Below, one piece after another: positions 14,017-24,800 of a stretch of 64,000 nt of DNA. Within the stretch, counting starts at the first letter, position 1, and every line of letters starts with the position of its first letter. Below the pieces are notes generated by a model. It worked only from the letters and a program-made list of their open reading frames with translations, ran no database searches and was not told the DNA's origin. This stretch comes from Lingula anatina (taxonomy: Eukaryota; Animalia; Brachiopoda). The position numbers and the translations under genes are program-made. The stretch spans positions 8,060,001 through 8,124,000 of the forward strand of contig CM120645.1 of the NCBI GenBank assembly GCA_051362555.1, in the 5' to 3' direction.

Positions 14017-14260
14017 CTAGTTTGGACAGCAGACTGCCCACATGTCAGTCGGATGGATGTCACACCAGTGGTCATCCGGGCAGCCAGCACATCCTCGACC
14101 ACAGCAGTAGCCGGAGAGGGGCCCTCTTGGGTCGCCATTACATTTTTGCGTCTTCGACTTTGAGGAGGAAATGACTGAAAGAAAAACGTGTTTTGAATGC
14201 AGGTGCTAATGATAAATTTTGATTGGTTTTGTCTCGTTTGTTAGTTTTTTATTTTCATTT

Positions 14261-14295
<35 letters not shown>

Positions 14296-14394
14296 AAAGG
14301 AATTCTCATGAAGATGGTGAATACTTTACTTACCGCTACTCGTGACCAGTAAAACTGCCAGCACCAAACAACAGGCTAGTCGCGCGGACACCAT
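14017..14394 (-). CDS. Small secreted cysteine-rich peptide (72 aa; signal peptide plus 8-Cys domain, Lustrin/WR1-like C-terminus)
   Basis: Exon 1, 14394-14334: ATG...MVSARLACCLVLAVLLVTSS plus 1 nt, then donor GTAAGT. Exon 2, 14174-14017, follows the acceptor TTTTTCTTTCAG and reads (V)ISSSKSKTQKCNGDPRGPLSGYCCGRGCAGCPDDHWCDIHPTDMWAVCCPN-TAG. The splice phases match. TATA-like element at 14437-14454 and AATAAA at 13888-13893, both on the minus strand. Confidence 0.88.
14263..14293. repeat. (GA)n microsatellite in the intron of the peptide gene
   Basis: Perfect GA run. Confidence 0.9.
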
Positions 14395-15013
14395 CTCGTC
14401 TCAAATTATGACTGCCATGATATGAAAAGTAAATCATTATATATACTATATAAATTATGAAATAAGAACACCCATCTCCTGTGTTTACAGCATTCACAAA
14501 CCCCACAAAGTTTTACAAGAGCAACATATCTTGATTTTGAGACTACCGGGAGTACGACGGTTTGGTTACAGAATGGTGACAGAACGCTCGAGTCATACCA
14601 GAGAGGGATCTGTCAGGGTGGCAGTTTTCTATCAAAACAACCTACCAGCACCTAAGTAGTATTTCATGAATTCGAAAACCAGTTTAACAATTCTGAATTG
14701 TAAATTCATCTCCATGATATACATAATTATTCATTTTAAAACTGCAACCAAATAGCTGACGTTTTGCATTGATCAAAGGGCATATTATATGGGAATTTTA
14801 CTAAAAAATATAATTTGTTTACGTACCAAAATGCCCACATGCATACAATACCAATGTAGGTATTTTTCGAGAGAATTATTATTAAAATATAAAGCTATCA
14901 GTATTCGAGAGAATATCATCTCGCCTTCGAGTAAGGCTCACTTTTACACACTGGGAAAAAATTGGCAACATGTAAAGATGTGTATCAAACTTACTTATCT
15001 AAACCTAAAATTA

Positions 15014-15181
15014 CAGGGGCGGATTTAGGCCGTCTTCTGGGACTTCCGGAAGACGGTCAGATTTTCAAGTTTACATTGACGGCTATCTAATTTTTTCTTT
15101 CGGAAGACGGTCAAAAGTGGAGGGTGGAACAATAAAGATAATTCGGAAGCCTGTCACAAAATATCCCTGGATCCGCCCCTG
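15014..15181. mobile_element. hAT-like MITE
   Basis: Termini CAGGGGCGGAT...ATCCGCCCCTG, 168 bp, non-coding. No clear 8-bp TSD. Confidence 0.7.
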
Positions 15182-16905
15182 AAAAAACCTTACTTATCTG
15201 GACCAAACTGTCCAGTATTTTGAGATGTTCCTAATCAGCGGGGTGACTAAGAGCATACTGTCATATACTGAACATCTATATATAATACTGTCAATACTTG
15301 AGGATTTAAGCAACCTTCGTTCCTAGGCTAACTGTATTTACAAAATACTAGCAAAGCCAAGTTTCCTTAGTTCCAATATCGTTTCAGTCGGTAGATTCTA
15401 GAAAACTAAATGCAAATTTATGAAAAAAATATCAAGTTACCTTGGTTTCTAGACTTTCTAAGTATCGTTTATATTCTGTGTCAAGTTCACGCGTTTTCCA
15501 GCCTTGGTATCTCTAGTACTAGTCTTATAAAAGCCTCTGGCTCTTGGTTAAAGTACCCAGAATTTCAAACAGCGGTCGGTATATATAATATATATTGGTA
15601 AACAATCCAGGTAATAAGAGTAAATTGGATTTATCATTGAAACAATTATCCAGGAAAGGAATCAATCTCACATCCGTTCAAATTCGACAACTTCAGTGGG
15701 CACATAGTAATTATGTGGACTCGTAAAGTCAACCATTATAAGTAAATAACATTGTTCTAGATGAAGCATAGGCCTATTCATATTATAAGGATACTTTATG
15801 CATTTAAAAGTATGATCACATCAGGCGAAACGCGACAAAACAATGGTACAGTATTTTCCATATCTTGTGTCGTATAGTAAATATATGTGGGACTTATGTC
15901 AGATGTATTTTATCTTGGCGGGCGAACACGGCAAAAACATATCATCCTTGTCCCCTCCCCCTTTTCCTGCCCTTTGAAAAATCCCGGAACCCACTTTATA
16001 GTAATTAGCTAGATCCCAGGATGTTTACGTGTAAGTGGCCCTTTATCATAATCACAGAGCTAATATCCTATTGCATATAAGGGAAATCATGGGACCTCCT
16101 AAATTACAAAACTGATTTGGCGATTAAAAGAGAGAAAGGACAAGACTACTATAGCAAATTTTCTAAATAAGGTGATTTTAAAACACATGTGATAAGCGGC
16201 TAATATAAGGAGTCCTATCCACTTACCTGTATCATCTTTAATGTATGTGGTATAACATTGTATTTTTACTACTAGTAGTTACGGAGGCATTAAATGTAAA
16301 ACATTCCTGTGCTCTATAAAATTATTATTATTTTATTAAAGGGCGCATTCAGCCCCCTCTGCTGAAAAGAGAAAGTTCGTGGTTGGACCAGCAGAATTCT
16401 TGGTTCACATTTGGACAAATGGAATGGGCCGTTTCATTTGTCCAAGGTTCATGCAAATACAAATTACACCAGTTAACAAGGGACAGGAAAGTTAAGGGGA
16501 AGTCCCCATTTGATATCTCATCATTATTTCATCATAACTTCAAAAAGACTGACCGACGAATTACATCAAAGCCACTTACAAAATTGGCCCTCAAATTAAC
16601 CACTTATTATCTGACGTTCATCACAATTACACTTTATCATCGAATGTTTAATTTGAAATTTTAACAAAAGCCAAAAGTCGACTCATCGAAATGATAGACG
16701 GTCATCGCATCGCCTACAATACTTGTTTTCAGAGTCATCTAAGGTTTGTAATATAATGAATAAATTTATACGTTGACATCTTACCTGAAAGTCGTATTAC
16801 GAGTAAAGCGAATAAACTGTTCTACGGGACCAGCCACGTGACTGGAATAGTGCGTGTCCTGCGTGTTGAGCTTTTAACAGTTGTTTTGAATCCCAGTGTC
16901 CACAA

Positions 16906-17121
16906 GAGCTCATTCCCACTGAAACTATCGGTCTACGTACATCGATCTAACTCCGCGGGGACTCTAACTCTTTCTGCCAGCGTACTTGTATAATCATCAG
17001 CTTTACTTTACTCAACGCCAGTAGGAGGCACGTGAATCTCTTTATCTGATTGCGTTCAGCGAGGGTCCCCGTGAAGTTGGATCGATCTACGTAGACCTAT
17101 AGTTCCATTGGGAATGGACCC
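16906..17121. mobile_element. Foldback MITE (Harbinger/Tourist-like), copy 1
   Basis: ~55-bp imperfect TIR (CATTCCCA..GGTCTACGTA.ATCGATC..ACT...GGGGAC). Right end TGGGAATGGACCC|TTA. Related to the elements at 39907 and 50562. Confidence 0.7.
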
Positions 17122-18898
17122 TTAGACGCACCCCGAGTCTCACAATTCACTGGGAATAGCTCATTTTTAGCATGCATTATGGAGGCAATTTCCACTGACT
17201 TCAGAAACTCAGGGTTACTGGACTGTGTGAAAGCCAAAAGGCCTAAACGTACGTGTATTTTCTTATTCATCATAGATTACTATTTTTAAAATTATCATTA
17301 AGAAAAAAAAAATCAAAACATGGGTGTATGTAAAACAATTTTTATTCAATTCTTATATTTTTTCAATAAAATACAATGCTGCCTATAGAAAGTGTTTGCA
17401 TTTTAAAAACGATAAATGTGGCTGTAAAAGTTAGAAATGAAGAAGTCGACTTAGATTACAGATCGGTTTTATATGGGTACACCATGATGATACAGAGGAC
17501 ATTGTTAAAATTTCCAGGAAAATGTTATTATTAACATTTTTTGTATGGGGCCTTTTTCAAAGTCTACTGCGCATTGTCTATGTCTATTAGCTGCGAAAGA
17601 CAGTGCCATGTTATCATTATATACCAATAATTTCGGTCACCGAGGGTGTATCACATGAATTGATATGGCCAATGCAGCTGTCATGTTCTCAGCTAGGCAC
17701 GTTCTCATGAATATGAGGAGAAGAACCTCCACGTATAAAGAGTTATATAAAATATTCACTCATCCTTACTGGCCTACCCTTCGCCCAATGTTTTGAAAAT
17801 GCCCCAAAGTCTAATTACATCTACATGTATCTTTCCCAATCTAAACATTAAAAATGATAAAACCACTCAAATAAAAACACCTGACGTCAATATGCCGATC
17901 TAAAATATAAAGGAAATCACGTCGATCTAATTGACTGACCAGTCATGCAGAAGTAGATTATTTTGTTAGAAATTATATAAAACATGGATCCAAGTGCAGA
18001 AAAGGGGCAAATAATTATATTGTTGAGTAGAACAAGAAATTTTATGGCACGTTAAGTAGAAGGAGTTGCATTTTTTTCAAGGAAAATTTAATTTGGCTTT
18101 AAATTTTCAAGTTAACTGAAGGAGGGTTTAATCCTTCTTCACGCCACACAAATGGGGATAAATTCTGATGGAAAAAAAACGTTGGGAAATCTGATGAGGT
18201 ATTCTTAATAATGCTTTTATCCGGATCGTCATCTTTTTGCATATAAAAAAGGGACTGTCTTGGACTGAATGCGGATGCTAGATTTTCAGTGAAGGAGGCT
18301 TGAAAACAATTACTGCACCCACTGAGAAGTTGCTACTATCGTCACGAAACGGGTTTTTGTGCCTGCCTCGAAAAAATAGGTGAGATCGATCGAATGTAGA
18401 ATTAATCATTGACATTGGACTCGAAAATCCTTAATTTGGAGTGTCTAAGTGTATTAAAAACCTCGCAGTACGCGCCTTTGTCAAGCACGTACTGGAACTG
18501 TTAATTGGTTATGGTAATGTACTGTTGTACGTTGTACTGCACTAGTTAGTAATTAGGTAGATTATTTGATTGAAGCCTAATATGAACAGTAGAAAATGAA
18601 CAAATGACTTTAAAAAGTCGATTTTCCTGAATGGAAAAAATCTAACTTAGAAAACAGCACTTGGTAAAACAGGACATTGACCATTGCCCAGGGTGAGATC
18701 ATTGACCAACTCACATTGGTCTTAAGGACACAATGCATTAAAAGGTCCAGAGTACAGCACTAGCAGACAGGAGCTGGTTTGACAAAAGAACTTTAACCCT
18801 TCAATATTGGTCTGTTTCATTTTGATATCAACCTGCTGTGCATCATCAGGTTTAATTACTGGTATTAACTGTATTATTTTTATTTTATTTCCAGAATT

Positions 18899-21800
18899 AT
18901 GGTCCTTCCTACTCTCCTGTTTTATTCAGCAGCATCAGTTGTGATTCTCACAGTAGTTTTAGTGCTGTTATATTACACTCATCCCACTTTGTTGTTTGAG
19001 TGGTATATGAGGTGAGTGATCAAATGAATCTGGGGATAATATCACAAAATTGTTTTTGTACAGTATATATACATATTTTGTTGTTGTTGAAACAGAGGCA
19101 GCTTAATATTTCCTCCACACACACACACACACATGCACGCACATGCACACACACATATCTATATATAAATTTGTAAAATTTCAGATACCAGCTCTACTCT
19201 AGTGGACTATGTGTTAGGTATGTAAAAAATGAAGAGCGCACCTATTGTTATGCGGAGAGGGGAACCAGGACCCCAGACAGGAGCTCTATATTGTTTATAC
19301 ATGGCTTCACTGCCAGCAAGGACATGTGGGTACCATTGGTGAAGGTAAGCAAAGCATTTTTGTTGATCTGTTTACATATCTGCTTGAATGTGTCCATAGT
19401 ATTTTGTTAGAGAATATATATACTCTACACTTGCACCAGTAAATGGATTTAAGATATGTGAGCAAAAACTGTCAGTTTTGAACCTAATGTAATTAATTAT
19501 AGGATAGATGGAATTTTATTGTGTTTTTAGGTATACTGCATTGATGACCCCCCCAAAAAAAGATATAAAGTAAAATTGCAAACAAATTTCAAACTCCTCA
19601 CTTTTTACCAATAATTTATATTATCAATGGATAGATTATAATATTTTATTCCTTACAAATAAATACTTCGTTGACACCAGCCAAACTCTCTTACAAGATT
19701 TGAAAATATATACTTAAGATGTCTTTATTAGAAAATATAGATTTGTCAATAAGAAAAATTAATATAGTTGGGCAGATAGTATCAATCATGTTCAGTGAAG
19801 GAATGACTGTATTATATTTTAAGAAATTAATTCTTTTTTTTTTTTTTCAGCTGCTTCCCAAGAACCTGCACATTGTAGCAGTGGACTTGGCTGGGCACGG
19901 GCATACCACACAAGTCCCAGGAGAAGATATATCATTTCTAGGACAAATTAAAACATTACATCAGGTAGGGATGCTGGAATTTTGTGGAAAATTTTGCCTT
20001 TTTCTTCACAAGCATGTCTTCCCTAGATTGCCTCTCACTTCTTTTATTTTCTTTCTTTCTTTAAGTTTATTATTCAGTTTATGACTGTATGACAAGTTTA
20101 CCAGTTGTTCAAGAAGACCATAATCATGAATATTTGCAATTATCATTACAGTTTGTAGAACTTATAGGCCTCAATAGTGCCCCATACCATGTGATAGGCC
20201 AAAGCATGGGAGGGGCCATGGCAGGGTTATATGCTGCACATTATGGTCATGAAGTAGATAAAGTGACCCTTATATGTCCTGCAAGTAAGTGATTTAAAAA
20301 TGAATGATGTCTTTTACTTTGATTTAGGCAACGGCATAGATATTAATTTTCTGTAAGATACCTCCACTCTAAAAAATATGCATGGTTATTCAGTGCAATT
20401 TGATCAGATTGTTTTTTCCCCTAACTTTTAGTATTTCCATATTTTTCATATTTTGGTGAAGATTGTTATGTATATATTCAATGTGTATATTGACTTTAGA
20501 ATAATGCAAATGTTATATTTTGAGGCATTTTGTGCATTTTTTTCTTAATTTCCTTCAGTGAAGACGCCTGTAGAAACAGAATTCATTCATGAGTTACGCT
20601 CAGGACACTGTCGTCTCATTCCTAAAGAACCAGAAGAAGTTCAGTACATGATAGATTCCACTTTGTATAACAAAAGACGGTTCCCTAAACAGGTGAAATT
20701 TTATAAATAAATAAACCATAAGTAAAATTGACTCGAGCTTGTTAAGCTGTAAGTATCTGTCAATATACTTTTTGTGTGGAACAAATAATAGAGTTTATTT
20801 AAAATTAAAAGCAACATAAATATCCGAAAAACTCATTTTAAAGGAGCAGTCTCACAAGGGCTGCTTTAGAATGAAAATCAGTCCAACTCTCACCATTTAA
20901 TGTCTTATTTGATTACACAGCATTTCTGTTTTCAATAGTCTGGGGTGGAGTGGAATGTCTTTGTGATCTTAATCACTGCTCAAGAGAAAAGCCACACATA
21001 CCATCAGATAACATGGTTGTCTGAGGATGCAAGTTGACTTGATTTTAAATCTTGAGTTGTCCTTGTCTAAACTGGCTTCTATCCTCTTTATAACATGCCT
21101 TGTGCTGTATTTTTTTCTCTAGATCCTGAAGGCAGTTATTAAAACAAGAGAACCATATAATGACTTTTTTCATGAGTGTAAGTAGGCTAAGAGATTATAT
21201 TATGACAAATTAATTAACTACTGAAGTTTAGTGAATAAATGATATCAAAGAAGCTTTAATTCATATTGCTTATTTTAGTATTACACTTACTAGGCTAAGC
21301 TGTATATTTGCAAACTTTGCTGCATATTTCTCATTTTCATGTTTCTTTTTCAGTGTACACTACCCTAGCTACAGATGAAGAAGGGGAGCAACTCATTCAG
21401 CATGCAGAGAAAATTACTGTACCATCACAAATAATTTGGGGGGAACATGATGAGGTAAAGAATATATAATAGTTTATTGTACCACCAGCGTTAGCGCTGG
21501 CGGTACACATGGTTTCGGTCTCGTCCGGATCGTTCCGCCGGCTCCGCCGGACGGCTACCGTTACCGCTTCTCCTCCTAGACGGTAAGGCCCCCCATACCC
21601 ATCTCATGGATTTAGGTCACCTATAATCTCAACTCGTTCCACGTAAAATTTGGGCTTTGTCGGTATTGGGGTCTGGGTGTGGCACTCATTGCAATGCACC
21701 CTTGTCCAAAAATGGCAAAATTAAATGCTAATTATCTACCCTACGGAAGGAGTTACGGGAAAAATTTCTACAGATGGCTTTCCAAAAGTCATATGTGTAG

Positions 21801-24800
21801 ATTTCAAATATACCCTCGGATTTGACCTTTGACCTTTACTTCAAGGTCAAATGGGCCAAAATTTTCAAAAAAATGAAATTTTTTACGAAAAAAAAATTTT
21901 TTGCCCTGTTATTCAGACACCACACAGACTTAACCAATAATATTATTGGAAAGTGTTACCCTTCAGGTCATCTTTCATCTCCATGAATTTGGGGTCAATC
22001 GGTGCATTTTCACAGGAGTAGCGGCCATAAGATACCGAAACTGAAAACTGTCTCTAATTCGGGAACCGTTAATGCTAGAGACCCATTCTTTTTTGCATTT
22101 TGTAGAGCATGTAAAGCCCAACACTGGAGGTGGTCTCGGTTTTTTTGTATTCCATACGGTTTTCGAGTTACGCTGTATCAAAAAGTACATATTGGTGGTG
22201 AAAGGAAAATGTACGGAAGCCCACTGGTGCCATATGTAGAAAAAAAAATTATCTCGAAATTTCGAGATACTATTTTGAAATTTGAACAAAAAAATTTACC
22301 ACAAGCGTTAGCGGTGGCGGTACACATGGTTTCAGTCCCGTCCGGTCCATTCCGCCGGCTCCGCCGCCATGTTACCGTTACCGCTTCTCCTCCTAGACGG
22401 TAAGGGCCCCCGTACCCATCTCATGGATTTAGGTCACCTATAATCTCAACTCGTTCCACGTAAAATTTGGGCTTTGTCGGTATTGGGGTCTGGGTGTGGC
22501 ACTCATTGCAATGCACCCTTGTCTAAAAATGGCAAAATTAAATGCTAATTATCTACCCTACAGAAGGAGTTACGGGAAAAATTTCTATAGACGGCTTTCC
22601 AAAAGTCATATGTGTAGATTTCAAATATACCCTCGGATTTGACCTTTGACCTTTACTTCAAGGTCAAATGGGTCAAAATTTTCAAAAAAATGAAATTTTT
22701 TACGAAAAAAAATTTTTTTGCCCTGTTATTCAGACGCCACACAGACTTAACCAATAATATTATTGGAAAGTGTTACCCTTCAGGTCATCTTTCATCTCCG
22801 TGAATTTGGGGTCAATCGGTGCATTTTCACAGGAGTAGCGGCCATAAGATACCGAAACTGAAAACTGTCTCTAATTCGGGAACCGTTAATGCTAGAGACC
22901 CATTCTTTTTTGCATTTTGTAGAGCATGTAAAGCCCAACACTGGAGGTGGTCTCGGTTTTTTTGTATTCCATACGGTTTTCGAGTTACACTGTATCAGAA
23001 AGTACATATTGGTGGTGAAAGGAAAATGTACGGAAGCCGACTGGTGCCATATGTAGAAAAAAATATTATCTCGAAATTTCGAGATACTATTTTGAAATTT
23101 GAACAAAAAAAATTTTTATCTCGAAATTTCGAGATAGCATTTTGAAATTTGAACAAAAAAAAAATTATCTCGAAATTTCGAGATAGCATTTTGATATTTG
23201 AGCAAAAAAATTTATCTCGAAATTTCGAGATAGTATTTTGAAATTTGAACAAAAAAAATGCTATCTCGAAATTTCGAGATAATTTTTTTTTTCAACATAT
23301 GGCACCAGTCGGCTTCCGTAAAAATGTGCAGTATGGTAATGGATAATAAATTTTGAACTCCGGAAAAATAAAACATAATGCTTGGCAAAGCAGACAACTT
23401 GTGGTCAAAAATGACATTATTTTATCAAATTTAAACTTCTGCAACTTCAGAGAACCTCCCATTTCAAGAACTTTGACCAAAATGACCTTTTCTTTATTTT
23501 AATTAATTTTTTCTGTAGGAAATTTATGGCACATTATGGTAACTCCAAAATTATAACATTTAGTCCCTTATATCTCCAAAACTGGCAGAGATAGGTCCAT
23601 AGTTACTATTGAAGTTGAATAGGAAGTCATATACTGGCAATCTTACTGTGACCTTGACATTGACCTTTGACCTACTTTTCACCATGAACTGAACTTTGCA
23701 AATTTTGCTTCCCTTTTATCTCCAAAACTGGCAGAGATAGGTCCATAGTTACTATTGAAGTTGAATAGGAAGTCATATACTGGCAATCTTACTGTGACCT
23801 TGAAATTGACCTTTGACCTACTTATCACCATGAACTGAACTTTGCAAATTTTGCTTCCCTTTTATCTCCAAAACTGGCAGAGATAGGTCCATAGTTACTA
23901 TTGAACTTGAATAGGAAGTCATATACTGGCAATTTTACTGTGACCTTGAAATTGACCTTTGACCTACTTTTCACCTTGAACTGAACTTTGCAAAATTTGC
24001 TTCCCTTTTATCTCCAAAACTGGCAGAGATAGGTCCATAGTTACTATTGAACTTGCATAGGAAGTCATATACTGGCAATTTTACTGTGACCTTGAAATTG
24101 ACCTTTGACCTTCTTTTCACCATGAACTGAACTTTGCAAATTTTGCTTCCCTTTTATCTCCAAAACTGGCAGAGATAGGTCCATAGTTACTATTGAAGTT
24201 GAATAGGAAGTCATATACTGGCAATCTAAATGTGACCTTGAAATTGACCTTTGACCTACTTTTCACCATGAACTGAACTTTGCAAATTTTGCTTCCCTTT
24301 TATCTCCAAAACTGGCAGAGATAGGTCCATAGATACTATTGAAGTTGAATAGGAAGTCATATACTGGCAATCTTACTGTGACCTTGAAATTGACCTTTGA
24401 CCTACTTATCACCATGAACTGAACTTTGCAAATTTTGCTTCCCTTTTATCTCCAAAACTGGCAGAGATAGGTCCATAGTTACTATTGAACTTGAATAGGA
24501 AGTCATATACTGGCAATTTTACTGTGACCTTGAAATTGACCTTTGACCTACTTTTCACCTTGAACTGAACTTTGCAAAATTTGCTTCCCTTTTATCTCCA
24601 AAACTGGCAGAGATAGGTCCATAGTTACTATTGAACTTGCATAGGAAGTCATATACTGGCAATTTTACTGTGACCTTGAAATTGACCTTTGACCTTCTTT
24701 TCACCATGAACTGAACTTTGCAAATTTTGCTTCCCTTTTATCTCCAAAACTGGCAGAGATAGGTCCATAGTTACTATTGAAGTTGAATAGGAAGTCATAT

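Noticed and set aside
13927-14174. Plus-strand ORFs of 78 and 63 aa
   Set aside because: Antisense shadows of the minus-strand Cys-rich peptide exon, which has the splice signals and signal peptide.
16411-16445. Hairpin TTGGACAAATGGAA...TTTCATTTGTCCAA as a possible pre-miRNA
   Set aside because: The stem is only ~14-16 bp and does not extend, too short for a Drosha/Dicer substrate.
21975-23480. Repeated 100-130 aa ORFs (also at 43986-44376) that might be a transposase
   Set aside because: They recur only because the HINE is duplicated. No Rep/helicase or DDE motifs, and they are open on both strands.
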